Shown here: in pieces, positions 45,801-58,599 of the stretch
Position numbering within the stretch: the stretch's first letter is position 1
Layout: every line of letters begins with the position of its first letter
From: Octopus vulgaris
Lineage: Eukaryota
DNA length: 64,000 bases
Assembly (NCBI GenBank): GCA_951406725.2
Contig: OX597826.1
Coordinates: 53,382,001-53,446,000 of the forward strand
Direction: 5' to 3'
Notes under the pieces: model-generated
The model's database searches: none
The model's input: the letters and a program-made list of their open reading frames with translations, nothing else
What the model was told of the DNA's origin: nothing
Position numbers and translations under genes: made by a program

Positions 45801-48800
45801 TGTAGGGCCAGTTTCCCATTTTCTGTTGTGTATATATTCTACACCATGATGGGACGCCGGTCTGTCTCAGGATTACTCATTTTTGCCAACTGAGGGATCT
45901 GGGGCAACAGGAAATCCCTTTTTTTAAATCCCTTTACTTTGATTATTTCTAATATTGAACATATTGGAAATAGTCAAACCCTTCAGTTTCGTCACCTGAA
46001 AGTGAGTTTAGTACCAAAAATTCTTAATTAAATTATCAATTAGCATTTGTATATGGTACGTAAGAGAACATCTGAACGTGGCCGTTGCCAGAGCCGCCCC
46101 GACTGGCCTTGTGCCGGTGGGTGGCACGTAAAAAGCACCATCCGATCGTGGCCGTTTGCTAGCCTCGTCTGGCACCTGTGCCGGTGGTATGTAAAAAGCA
46201 CCCACTACACTCACGGAGTGGTTGGCGTTAGGAAGGGCATCCAGCCGTAGAAACATTGCCAGATCAGACTGGGCCTGGTGCAGCCTTCTGGCTTCCCAGA
46301 CCCCAGTTGAACCGTCCAACCCATGCTAGCATGGAAAGTGGACGCTAAACGATGATGATGATATATATTAGCTAACTCTCTCCTGCATCTAGCTGCTCAG
46401 GTGAGCAGCTTGATGCAGGAAGAGAGAGTGAGAAAAGGCTGTTAAGTGTTTTGTTTGAGGACACATGTCACCTGTCCCAAGAATCGAAACCACAATTTTA
46501 TGATCATGAGTCCAACACCCTAACCATTAAGCCAGGTGCCTCCACATATACATTATACATCATCATAATTGTGACGTATCTATGATACATGTTTATATCC
46601 ACTATACATCATCACAGTTGTGATATGAAAGCTAATATTCTATTTTTCAGATTTACTTCCCTGTATCGGCCATTGTTACATCTGTCGCAGTTAAAACCCT
46701 GCACAGCTCCTGTCAGCATTCAGGTGAGATTTGCTTCGACTGGGAAACAGCCAAAATTTAAGAAAAGTAATGCTATTAGTAAACTACCTGTTGGTCAGGA
46801 CACTGAAGAAGAAACACCGAAGTTGATTAAACTATTTGATGAGTCTGGTTGTCTGTTACCTGTTGTTGAGAAAGATGAGGCTCAGAAGCTGGCAAAATTA
46901 AAGGAGCTCAAATTAGTACAAATAAGTGAGGACAAATTAGAACCACATTATCAATTGATGACAGGTAAACAGTTAACTGAATGTCGGCTCACTCAGAAAA
47001 AGTCCAAAAAAGAAAAATCCCCTATAGAGAAAACTCTTCACGTAAAAAGTACCATATCGGAACATGATTTTCTTGTTAAGTTAAACAAAATGAAAGAGTT
47101 ACTGGAGAAGAATATCAATATAAGAATGAAGATAAAAGTGTCAAATTGTGATAATGAGGTAAGGGTTATTTTATAAATCTAAAGATGTTTACCAAATGTT
47201 AAGAAAAAATACAATGAAACTGGTTGTCTTTTTCCCTTAATCAATTTTTTAGCCCTTAGTTTAACTACACCTATATATCTAAGATTTTGTTGTTTGTTCC
47301 TTCTTGAGCCATGTTTGGCTCATAAGGGCTGGTTTCCCAGTTTTATTGGTACTGGTCCATCTCAGGTGAGCCGCTAGATGCAGGAGGAGAGAGAGTGAGA
47401 AAAAGTTGCAATGAAAGAGTCAGCAGAAGTTCACCATTACCTTCTGCTGGAGCTGCGTGGAGCTTAGGTGTTTCGCTCATAAACACACACATCACCCAGT
47501 CTGATATTCGAATCCGTGATCCCTCAACCGCGAGTCCACTGCTCTAAGCACTAGGCTATGTGCCTCCACATATACTCTTTTACTTGTTTGAGTCATTTGA
47601 CTGTGGCCATGCTGGAGCACCGCCTTTAGTCGAGCAAATCAACCCCAGGACTTGTTCTTTGTAAGCCTAGTACTTATTATATCGGTCTCTTTTGCCGAAC
47701 CGCTAAGTTACGGGGACGTAAACACACCAGCATCGGTTGTCAAGCGATGTTGGGGGGACAAACACATACACACAAACACACACACATACACATATATATA
47801 TATATATATATATATACGACGGGCTTCTTTCAGTTTCCGTCTACCAAATCTACTCGCAAGGCTTTGGTCAGCCCGAGGCTATAGCAGAAGACACTTGCTC
47901 AAGGTGCCACGCAGTGGGACTGAACTCGGAACCATGTGGTTCATAAGCAAGCTACTTACCACAGATATGGATTTCAAATTTTGGCACAAGGCAAGCAATT
48001 CCAGGTATTAGGGGTAAGTCGATTACATCAACCCCAGTGCTCAGCTGGTACTTAATTTATCAACCCCAAGAGGATTAAAAAGGCAAAGTTGACCTTGGTG
48101 GAATTTGATCTCAGAAAAAAAGGGCGGCTGAAATGCTGCTAAAAATTTTGTCAGCTCATCGCTCTAAATTAGCTTCCACCACATATCCAAGATATTAAAT
48201 ATAAGCACACATTCCTTCCAGCCTTCTTTTTCATCCCTCTCAGTCTCTTTTCCTCTCTTATACTTACTAATTCACTTCTCTCGTTTGCCACATTAATATC
48301 ACTACATTTGCTAATTGATAATTTAATTAAGAATTTCTGGTACTAAACTCACTTTTAAATTACGAAATTGAAATCTGTTTAGATATAAAGGGAAATAACT
48401 CTATAAACGTCAGAGTCGTATCCCTTACTTAGTCAATGCTTATTATTAATAAAATATGTCCAGTATTCAATGAGAAAGACCGTTGTTCAATTGAATACTC
48501 TATACGCAATAGAATGGATACAATTATTTGTAATATAAGGTTATACGGAGAGCCCATACGGTTCGGATTAATTCTCCGTAGGGTCATTTGCTGTATAAAA
48601 AAAAGGAGAATACTTAGTTAACGCTTAGTATTTTTCAATCATCTGATTTAACGCTATGATCATTATTTATTTATGATAGCGAAACCATTGTGAATAATTA
48701 AACCTTCCATTTTATAACTAACATTAAAACATTTACTATACAGTGGAACCTCGGTTTACGAATATTTCAAATGATAGTTAATGAATAAATTTTAATTCGT

Positions 48801-50292
48801 TCATTAAATGTCATTTGAAATATTCGTAAACCGAAACCATTTTTCTCATAGGAAATTCAAGAGAATTCGTTCACTAAGCAAAAGCTAGACAACAACTGAC
48901 ACACTCTCGACTTAACAACCGTCATTGCCAGCTTGCCTGTTCGTTACTCGAAACACTGTTCGTTACTCGAACAGAAACGTTTTCGTGTACCGACTTGTCC
49001 GTGATTAGAGGCATTCATAAACCGAAGCTTCACTGTACTAATATCACTACACATATACGCACACACACTAATTTCAATGCAAACATTAACCTTTCGTGAG
49101 CTGGTGGGGTCCCTAGGAACCCCAGCAAATTTTAAAAGTTATGTAATTTTTACAATTTTTTATCTAAATAATTTTATATCTCAAGACTTTTATTGTCAAT
49201 AGTTTATGTATGCACATAAAAATTTTGAGTTAAAAATTTCCATTCATGTGGATGTTATAGCGTAAAATATGCTCATTAGGGTCCGACTGGACTCCATTGG
49301 CCTTCTGTGAAATTATTTTTTTCTGTTCTTTTTTCAGATATTCTGATGAACTATAAGTCAATTTTCTTTGTATTTGTACTGGTATGAATCAATATGCTAA
49401 ATAATTTTGTTTTATTTTATATTTAGTACTATATGTATAGTTTATAAAACTATAAAAACTTCATTTCTTTCAATAAAGGGTTTTTTCAGTCAATGAATTA
49501 TATTTTAATTCCCCCTCTTCCATTAAACGTTAATAATTACAAATATAAACTTATAAGATGCTAAATTTCTTGTTCAATATCATGCACTCACACATATATA
49601 CAAGATTAAACAAATATTACTTTATGGATAGTGTGGAAAGCACAAAAATAAAAGGGGTCCCTTGGGATCCCAATGACCTTTTGTGTAATTCCAACTCTGC
49701 CGGCCCACAAATGGTCAACTGTCCTAAAATATATATAGAGAGAGCTGATTAGAGATATTGCTATTTTTATCAAGCAGCAAAGTTGACCAAAATTCACTAA
49801 ATGGAATATTTAACTCTCTCCTGTTTAGACTAATTTTTAAAATTCTACCAAAACACACACACACACACACACATATATATGAGTCAACAATATTGTTACT
49901 TGTATCCAAATCTGCTCAACAATTTCCATCTCTATAAATCAGAGACATTGATTGATTGGTTGAACAGAACAGTGCAGCACCCATGACTTTCTAAAACATG
50001 ATTTCACCCTCAAAATTGTTGAAGCATGGAATAAATCACCCATGACAGTTGTTAATTGTCAGGACACTATGACACTGTATCCTTTAAAAATTCCATACTT
50101 CCTGATTTTTTGCCAACATTACTCCTTACACGCCTATTTTTTTTTTTTTTTCCAATGCAGACTGAAAGCCGAGGAATTCAATTAAAGTTTATGAAACGGA
50201 TAACAGAAGAAACCAGTTCCTTAGCCAGCATTAAGGAAGCCAGCAGCACTGCCACAGAAATAATAGTACTTCTCCGTAAAAAAACAGAATAA
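42794..50292 (+). CDS. MTIF3: Mitochondrial translation initiation factor IF-3, 3 exons, 223 aa
   Basis: Exons 42794-42825, 46651-47158 and 50161-50292 total 672 nt in frame. Arg-rich, acid-free presequence. IF3-N motif IKLFDESG...EAQKLAKLKELKLVQI...PHYQLMTG and IF3-C motif EKTLHVKSTISEHDFLVKL. Confidence 0.9.
43454..44995. repeat. About 330-bp inverted duplication (43454-43780 / 44667-44995)
   Basis: Arms are reverse complements with only a few mismatches. Confidence 0.95.
43690..45380 (+). mobile_element. RTE-like LINE fragment, interrupted and rearranged
   Basis: Peptides PKKLNVANFK, LWEDFK, RRWIEHFSALLNRPS and KSPGSDGICAEVLK. Confidence 0.75.
43923..44320 (+). mobile_element. SINE family B inserted in the LINE
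   Basis: Full-length match. Confidence 0.9.
45383..45700 (+). mobile_element. SINE family B (5'-truncated)
   Basis: Match to family B. Confidence 0.85.
46058..46362 (+). mobile_element. SINE family D
   Basis: Near-identical to the 3' part of 34395-34878. Confidence 0.88.
46651..47158 (+). CDS. MTIF3: MTIF3 exon 2
   Basis: tttttcag acceptor, GAG|gtaagg donor, IF3 domains. Confidence 0.92.
47574..47962 (-). mobile_element. SINE family B
   Basis: Reverse-complement match. Confidence 0.88.
48741..49035. mobile_element. Tigger/pogo-type MITE
   Basis: TA-cagtggaacctcggttta...taaaccgaagcttcactg-TA. Confidence 0.8.
49086..49715. mobile_element. piggyBac-like non-autonomous fragment
   Basis: TTAA-CCTTT start and repeated palindromic motifs ggggtcc...gg.cccca (about 49105, 49278, 49653). 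Right end unclear. Confidence 0.45.
50161..50292 (+). CDS. MTIF3: MTIF3 terminal exon (TESRGIQLKF...RKKTE*)
   Basis: Poly-U plus tgcag acceptor, phase 0, TAA stop. AATAAA at 50447-50452. Confidence 0.85.
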   Translation, partial: TESRGIQLKFMKRITEETSSLASIKEASSTATEIIVLLRKKTE

Positions 50293-50879
50293 TTTGTCCT
50301 GTCATCTGTTTCCGTGGATGCTGTCTCTTTCAGTGGCTGTGTTCTCATCTAGATGAAGTTGAGGATTACATAAATGATTATCAAAAACAAACCAAGCAAA
50401 TGAACATAATGAATTGAAGAAGGTCTCCATTAACATTAGAAATGGAAATAAATGATTTAAAGTATTAGCCGACAGTGTTCTATGAATTTAATTTTCTTGG
50501 AGGAACAAGACATGTTTTTATTTAATGAAATGAGAGTAATTATTATCTTATATCATCGAAATTATTACTGTGAAACTTTTAAAATAATTCACATGAATGA
50601 AAATAAATTTTAAATAAAAAATAATTTTGGATTCAAATTTATTAAAGATTTTATAATGATGTTTGTCTCTACTTTTAATTATTTTAAAATTGCTCAGTTT
50701 TGAATGATCATTGTTTGTCTGCGTCTCTTTTTCTAACACAGTTGATTAATCAGGATAAATGCAGATTAGTATATTAATTAATTGAATAGTTAATTTATTA
50801 TTCAGAAACATAAGGGTTGGCAACAGGAAGGGTATCTGGCCAGACAAATCTGCCTCAATAAAAAACTCCATCCTAGAAT

Positions 50880-51225
50880 CATGTGGTTGGTTCCCAACCA
50901 CATGGTTCTGGTTTCAGTCTCACTGCATGGCACCTTGGGCAAGTGTCTTCTACTATAGCTTTGAGCTGACCAAAGCCTTATAAGAGGAATTGGATGACAG
51001 AAGCTGAAAGAAGCCTATTGTATATCTGTGTGTCTGTGTTTGTTCCCTATGACTGCTTGACAACCAGCGTTGGTGTGTTTATGTCCACATAACTTAGCAG
51101 TTTGGCAAAAAAGACCAATGAGATAAGTACTAAGCTTCAAAAAATTGGTTTGGGGTCAATTTGCTCGATTAAAATTCTTCAAGCCATTCTCACAGCAATG
51201 ACTGAAAGAAGTAGAAGATAAAAGG
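50880..51225 (+). mobile_element. Diverged SINE family B
   Basis: Match to family B with more substitutions. Confidence 0.75.
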
Positions 51226-51246
51226 AAATATGAATGATATTTATTC

Positions 51247-53637
51247 TACAGGACAACAAAGATTTTACTACTGAAGTAAAAGCACATGTTTTAGACTAAA
51301 TTGGGGATGCTGATTCCGAATCTGTGCTCAGAATTGTTCTAGCAGCCAGGATTTTGAGTTATACGCATGCACAAGATTATAACTATACTTCCGGCTAGAT
51401 GTAGGCCGTATTATAAAATTTGCCACAATAAAAGCAGTCTTAATTCAAAATGAAAGAAATAACAGCAATCAAACAAATGATGAGAAAGTTAATTATTTAG
51501 CTTAGCAATAGATGGCGCTGACGTATTGTGTGCATTTGCCAAATATGTCAGTTTGTTCTTGGTAACTCACAGTGTCGTTTGCGCTGCCGTCACGTGTGGT
51601 ATGTGTATCTCTCGCTCTGCGTGATTAGTTTTAACTGCGTTTATTGCATTAGATCATGAATAGGACAGCCTATGTGAATCACTCAGACAACTTTTGTTAT
51701 GTCTGTGGAAAATTTGCTCTGCGTGGCCAATGGAAGAACATTGCCACCAAATTAAAAATTGCCTGTAAATATTATTTCAGGTGTAAAGTTGGGGACCAAG
51801 ACAAGAGGTGGGCACCTCATATATGCTGCACCGTGTGTTACTCAGGGCTTACACAGTGGCTGAATGGAAAGCAGAAGGGAATGCCTTTTGCTGTATCAGT
51901 GGTATGGCATGAGCCAACCAATCATGTCTCTGATTGTTACTTTTGCATGACTAATATTAGTGGTTTCTTAAAGAAGGCCAAGGCAAAAATTGAGTATGCA
52001 GATTGTAAGTCAGCTATAAAACTGGTCCCACATAACTTTGAGAACTGAGAACCCTGTCCCAATTCCTTCTCACATGCTTCACTTGAAAATCTTGACACAT
52101 TGCACAGTGAGACCCCTGACTCTCCTATCAATGAAGAGTACGTAGGTGATTCTAAGAAAAATGAGCCAGGCTCATTTAATCAAGATTTGAATGATTTAGC
52201 AAGAGACCTAGCATTGTCAAAGGAGAGGGCAGAAGTTTTGGAATCCAAACTACAATGGAATCTCTTATGGCAAGGTATGAAAATTTCCATTTTCTGTTCT
52301 CTACATAAAGGCTTATTTGTTTCAAGCAAGAAAATAATGCTTCTTTCTATACTGACGTTAATGCAATCATGCAAAAACTAGGACACGTGCATATGGCTAA
52401 CGAATGGAGAATGTTTATAGACTTGAATAACGTTAGCCTCAAATTATGTGTTGTCACATAATGGTAATGAAAAACCTTCCATTCTTGTGGGTTATATTGT
52501 CAATATGGAAGAAACTTATGAATGGATGGAACTCTTTCTGAAAGGAGTTAATTACTCAGTTCATAAGTGGAATATTTGAGGTGATTTATAGGCGGTTTCC
52601 CTCCTCCTCGGACTGCAGTTGGGATATACCAAAAATATATGCTTCTTGTGTGTTTGGAATAGCTGTGATGACATCAATCATTACACTGTAAAAGACTGGC
52701 CTAAAAGAGATGAGCTCATAGTTGGTCGGTACAATGTGCAGCATATGTTACGGGTAGACCTGTAAAGGAATCTTCCTTCCACCCCTTCGTATCAAACTTG
52801 GCCTCATGAAAAACATTGTAAAAGCAATGACAGACGATGGTTGTGGCTTCCAGTACTTAAAAGTAAAATTTGGTGCAGAGAAAAGTGACACAAAACTTAA
52901 AACAGGCATTTTCATTGGACCCGAGATCAGAAAATTTATATCTGATAGCAAATTCAGGAGTAAACTGAATCCAGTTGAGCGGACGGCATGAGATTCATTT
53001 GTATTAGCTGAACAGAACTTTCTTGGAAATCATAGAGCTGAAAACTATGTTAATTTAATAAACAACATGTTAACAGCATATGAAAGAATAGGATGCTGAA
53101 TGTCCTTAAATTGCACTTCTTGCATTCTCATCTCGATTTTTTTCCCAATGAATTTTGGTGTGTTTTGTGATGAGCATGGTGAGAGGTTCCAGCATGACAT
53201 ATCTGAGATGGAAATGAGGTATCAAGGCTGGTTCAATCCAGACATGCCGGGTGAGCACTGCTGGTTCCTACAACGGGAGACCAGCACAACGCATAAGTGC
53301 AAGAACAAGTGTCTCAAACATTTCTGAGCTGAGAGTCTCAAAAGTAAAGTATTCCCTTAACATAAATATACTATGTACCATTATATTATAATATTATTTG
53401 CCTTGAACATAAATTTATTACATACAGTACTAATATGCTATTATAATAATTATTTACCTTGGACTTAACTATTCCTGATACTAATATAGTATAAATACAT
53501 AATTATGCACATAACTCAAAATCCTGACATGCTACAGCAATTCTGAGTTCAGATTCGGAATCATTGTACTCGATTTAGTTTAGTACAGCACCAGTTGTCT
53601 GAGTAGCAGACAATAAATCTTTTTTTGTTGCTCAGTG
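51247..53637 (+). mobile_element. Chapaev3-like (CMC) DNA transposon, full-length, transposase pseudogene
   Basis: N-terminal FCYVCG...GDQDKRWAPHICC...WHEPTNHVSDCYFC and C-terminal DEHGERFQHDISEMEMRYQG...CWFL. Right end ...gttgctcaGTG then TTA. Imperfect TIRs with subterminal inverted gattccgaatctg...caggattttgagttat. Many stops. Family name is from recall of these motifs. Confidence 0.75.
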
Positions 53638-53814
53638 TTATTTATGTATTTAATCAACAGGTGTAGGTGAGACTGTGTGGTTAAGAAGCTTGCTTCCTAA
53701 CCATGTGTTTCAGTACCTTTCTCTCGTACTTTGAGTAAGTGCCTCCTACTAAAGCCCCAGACAGACCAAAACCATGCAAATGAATTTGCAAGACAAAAAC
53801 TGAAAGACATCCCT

Positions 53815-53854
<40 letters not shown>

Positions 53855-53864
<10 letters not shown>

Positions 53865-54186
53865 GAAATAAGGTACTCAGAAATCTGGATGGTTTTATAT
53901 TTACAGATATTTATTAATGTCACATATTTTTATAAATCATATATTAGCGCTTGCGTCCACTCTAGTGAAGTCGTCAGATTGAACTTTTTCAGAAATTTTG
54001 TCTCTTTCTATAGTATTATTGAGTGTGTAGGGGTGGAGAGAGATGTAACAAAAAGTTCAATCTGACGACTCCACTAGAGTGGATGCAAGCGCTAATATAT
54101 GATTTATAAAAACATGTGACATATTAATAAATATCTGCAAATATAAAACCACCCAGATTTCTGAGTACCTCATTTCTTCGAATATA
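53855..54186. repeat. Fold-back with about 135-bp arms, each containing a hammerhead-like motif
   Basis: 53855-53989 is the reverse complement of 54050-54186. CTGACGA-stem-GCAA-GCGC-TA at 54062-54094 (+) and 53945-53977 (-). Confidence 0.85.
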
Positions 54187-54212
54187 TAATACCTGTACAT
54201 CATCTCCAAACC

Positions 54213-54244
<32 letters not shown>

Positions 54245-54276
54245 AACAGTTGTGTGTGTGTATATATATCTATATA

Positions 54277-54490
54277 CAAGAGGTTGCTGAAAAGTTCCTG
54301 GCTTTAGGTAAAAGAAAAACAGGTAGATTAGTTAATTATGATTTTATTCAACATATTCCCCACTCAGATTCGCACACTTACTGCAGCAGTCCTTCAGTTT
54401 TTCTAAGCCCTCTAAAAGAACTCAGAACGTTGGGCCCCCAACTAGGCCTTTCATGATACCCTTAAAGGCAGAAACTTTCTAGCACCCCTC
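54277..54490. mobile_element. Mariner-type MITE
   Basis: TA-caagaggttgctgaaaagttcctggcttta / taaaggcagaaactttctagcacccctc imperfect TIRs. Confidence 0.65.
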
Positions 54491-54819
54491 CCCTCTCTCT
54501 CTCTAACTATATATACATATAACCATCATTTTTTTTTGAAGTCCACTTTTCCATGCCTGTATGGGTTAGAGTTTTTTTATTGAGGAAGATTTGTCTTTGG
54601 CCCAATACCCCTTTTGTTGCCAACTCTTTCCTGTTTCCAAGCAAAGTAACATTTCCCCTCGGTCAGATATGTTTTCACAGAATAGAATAAGTACCAGAGT
54701 TATAAATCAGTATTGGGGTTGATTTGGTTGACTGAACACTTTGAGGCAGTGCTCCAGCATGACCGCTATCCAATAACTGAAAGAAGTAAACAATGAGAGA
54801 CAGACAGATAGATAGATAT

Positions 54820-55225
54820 AGGCGTAGGAGTGGCTGTGTGGTAAGTAGCTTGCTTACCAACCACATGGTTCCGGGTTCAGTCCCACTGCATGGCACCTTG
54901 GGCAAGTGTCTTCTACTAGAGCCTTGGGCCAACCAAACCCTTGTGAGTGGATTTGGTAGACGGAAACTGAAAGAAGCCTGTCATATATATGTATATATAT
55001 GTATGTGTATGTGTTTGTGTGTCTGTATTTGTCCCTCCGCCCAACATCGCTTGACAACCAATGCTGGTGTGTTTACATCCCCATAACTTAGTAGTTTGGG
55101 AAAAGAGACCGATAGAATAAGTACTAGGCTTACAAAGAATAAGTCCTGGGGTCGAATTGCTTGACTAAAGGCGGTGCTCCAGCATGGCCGCAGTCAAATG
55201 ACTGAAACAAGTAAAAGAGTAAAGA
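54820..55225 (+). mobile_element. SINE family B, full length
   Basis: Match to family B. Confidence 0.9.
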
Positions 55226-56319
55226 GAGATATGGTTGAAGGAGAGATAACCAGTGCTGGACAGCATAAGCTGCTAATGTAGTGACACTATCAATTAATTC
55301 TTAGACATTAATAAGAGGTTAATTAAAAGAAACTTGCTGATTACATTTACATTAGATTGTTATTCTATAATTATGAGAAATGTTTAGCGACTTGCCTCTG
55401 TTGTTCAGTATTAGAGTTGATTAAACTATGACAAAAGATGTTTCTTGGCTGGATTCAACGAAATACAGTTTCAATGTGATTCAACGGCCAATTCTGTTGT
55501 TTGACTTAGACAACATCAATTACACACCGTTAGCGTCTTCGTTATTCTCACCAGTAGCTTTACATTTAGGATTAACTTTTGGCGTGATAGTGTTATTAAT
55601 TAATTGTTCTGATTGCAGGCATAGCTGTGAAGTTGAGATGTTTGCTTCCTAACTGTACAGTTTTCTCTTCAGGCCTCCTGTATGGAACCAAGTGCAAACC
55701 GTCTTCTATAACAGCTTCAAGCTAACCAATACATCACGAGTGGATTTGCTAGATATAAACTGAAAGAAGCCTGTCATATGTGTGAGCTGACTGAATCATT
55801 AGTATTGCTGGATGAAATGCTTGGCAGTTTTTTGCTTGTTGCTACATTGTGGATTCAAATTCCGCTGAGGTCAACTTTGCCTTTCATCCTTTCGGGGTCG
55901 ATAAATTAAGGTTGATAAATTAAGCATCAGACTAACCCATTGCCCCAACTTTCAGGCCTTGTGCCTTTAGTAGAAAGGGTTATTATTTTCATTATCCTCT
56001 TCTTCCAATTTTGTTTCCTTTTCTTATCGAGTGTCTTCTTGACACCTAGGGTAAAGAAACTCACTCTATACATTAGTGGGTCATTGAAAGAAATACACCA
56101 GATTGTTCATTTACAAAGTCATGTGATAGAAAAAAAAGAGAAGAAAGACAGAGAGAAAAAGGTAAGAAGAAAATATGAAGAAAAAAAACAAAGAAAATAA
56201 AAGGGAGAAAGGAAAGAGAATTCACAGTGACAATGCTTTTTTCAATACATGTGACGTACTAGGGATCATCCTCTATCATTATTATTGATGGCAGCAAGCT
56301 GGCAGAATTGTTAGCATAC

Positions 56320-56725
56320 TCTACTTGTGAAGACCTATTGAGGCAAGTGAAAATCAAAATCATAATCGATCAACATCAATGGAATTTGTAGCTGTGATAC
56401 CAGTGCCGGTGGCACGTAAGAGAACCATCCGAATGTGGCCGTAGCCAGTGTCGCCCTGACTGGCCTCTATGCCGGTGGCACATAAAAAGCACCATCCGAT
56501 TGTGGCCGTTTGCCAGCCTCGTCTGGCACCTATAACCGGTGGCATGTAAAAAGCACCCACTACATTCACTGAGTGGTTGGCGTTAGGAATGGCATCCAGC
56601 CGTAGAAGCACTGCCAGATCAGACTGGGCCTGGTGCAGCCTTCTGGCTTCCTAGACCCCAGTTGAACCGTCCAACCCATGCTAGCATGGAAAGCGGACGT
56701 TAAACGATGATGATGATGATGATGA
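56320..56725 (+). mobile_element. SINE family D
   Basis: Match to 34395-34878, (TGA)n tail. Confidence 0.88.
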
Positions 56726-56779
56726 TATATATATATACACATATATCTATCAACATATATATATATATATATATATATC

Positions 56780-56816
<37 letters not shown>

Positions 56817-57169
56817 TTAACGTCCGCTTTCCACGCTAGCATGGGTTGGACTGCTAGCATATATATATATATATAGATAGATAGATATATGTGTACACAT
56901 AAATAATATATATATGTATATATATATAACAGCAAAATTTTCATTTGCGCTGTTTTGCAAATATAAGAATCTGATGTGCAGCATAAAATACACACACACA
57001 TGCACACACATACACACACACACTTGCACCAGATTTATAGCACAACAAGTATTTAGCAATGCTGCACCATTTACTCATGTCATATTTCTGATTTTTAATG
57101 TCAGTTAATAATTTAGTTCCTTGTATATTATTAGAGATTTTGTTGTTTCCATGGGTTTCATGCATTTTA

Positions 57170-57900
57170 CTGTTAATTTCACCCCATTATTTCTAAAAAG
57201 CCTACTAAAAAAAAGAAAACATTGATAGAAGAACGGAGAGCTTTTAATGATGATTGATTGAAAGTAACGATTTTATATTGTTTCGGCTAAAGATAAACAC
57301 GAATTTCTTCTTTTGTGATACGTCAGTATCAGCCGTAAAGAAATTTAATGTGCATTGTTATTACGCTACCTATAAGGACCATAAATATGCTCAAAAGAAC
57401 CATCGCTATTATGTTACCCATAAAGATCATAAACACACTTAAAAAGACTATTGTTTTTATGCAACCTACAAGGACCATAAATATGAACTAAGGAAACCAT
57501 GAAAGGTTGTTGTAAGAAGTTTGAAAGATGAATGACAAAACAAAAATAAACGAAGACAGAAAGAAAGAAAAATGAAAAATGAAAAAGGAAGGCATTCTAA
57601 GCAGGCTTTTTGATATGAAAATATGATAATATCAAAGCATTGTATAATGTGGTATGTATATTTGATAAAGATAAATTAAAATATTTTTAAAAAAGCCACT
57701 TCGCCTAGCTTATAAAATTTATTGCTGAACTAGAAGATTCATGTGAATTTAACAGGTTAAGTTGTTTTTATACATTCATCAATTGAAGAAGAATACAATG
57801 GAAGCTTTTCTGACTTTGAGAAAGATGACCTCATTCTAAATTTAGCATTTCAAACCTCACTTGGTTGTCTTTGAATATAGAATTAATTAGATTGTTGCAT
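57170..57900 (+). mobile_element. Highly decayed hAT (SPIN/Charlie-like) transposase remnant
   Basis: RAFNDD...FFCDTSVSAVKKFNVHCYYATYKDHKY resembles the BED-finger N-terminus of this family. Confidence 0.4.
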
Positions 57901-58248
57901 GGGTTAAAATTTCTTTACCCAGGTTGACTCTTTATAGAAAAGTAGGATTGTGCATCATTCATTTGCTTGTTATTACGTCTTTTTCTCAGTGTTAGCATGG
58001 GTCAGACGAATACATTATTGAGACATTCTTTAACCACTGGATGCTGTTCCTGGTGCTAACCCACTATTACTTGGTTTTTCAAGTAAGGTCTATTTTTTCA
58101 ACATGTCCATGAAGGCACAAAGCCAGTGAATAATCCCTTAACAGAGAAATGTCAACAACATCAACATCTATAGCTAAGTACTTTTCAGGAAAGGACTAAT
58201 GTAAACACAGACACACACACACACGTGTTTATATATATATATATATAA

Positions 58249-58417
58249 AATCAAAAATAAGCAACAAGAATGATTCCGGTAATTTGGTACAATTGTTTCA
58301 TAATACAACATTTTATTAAAAGCTGTAATAAAATGTTTTGCAGCTTTTAATAAAATGTTGTAGTATGAAACAATTGTACCAAATTACCGGAATCATTCTT
58401 GTTGCTTACTTTTGATT
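58249..58417. repeat. Near-perfect fold-back, about 77-bp arms
   Basis: 58249-58325 is the reverse complement of 58341-58417. Confidence 0.92.
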
Positions 58418-58599
58418 ATAATCACCCCGCAAATTTTTATGGGTAACACCATACAAAATTCTGGTGCATCTAAATTAAGTACCATATTCATTTGAATCTA
58501 AATTGTTGCTGATCTTATATATATATATTATCTATGTATATGTATTTATCAAACCAGCTTCAAATAAAAAATTATATATATATATATATTTATATATAT

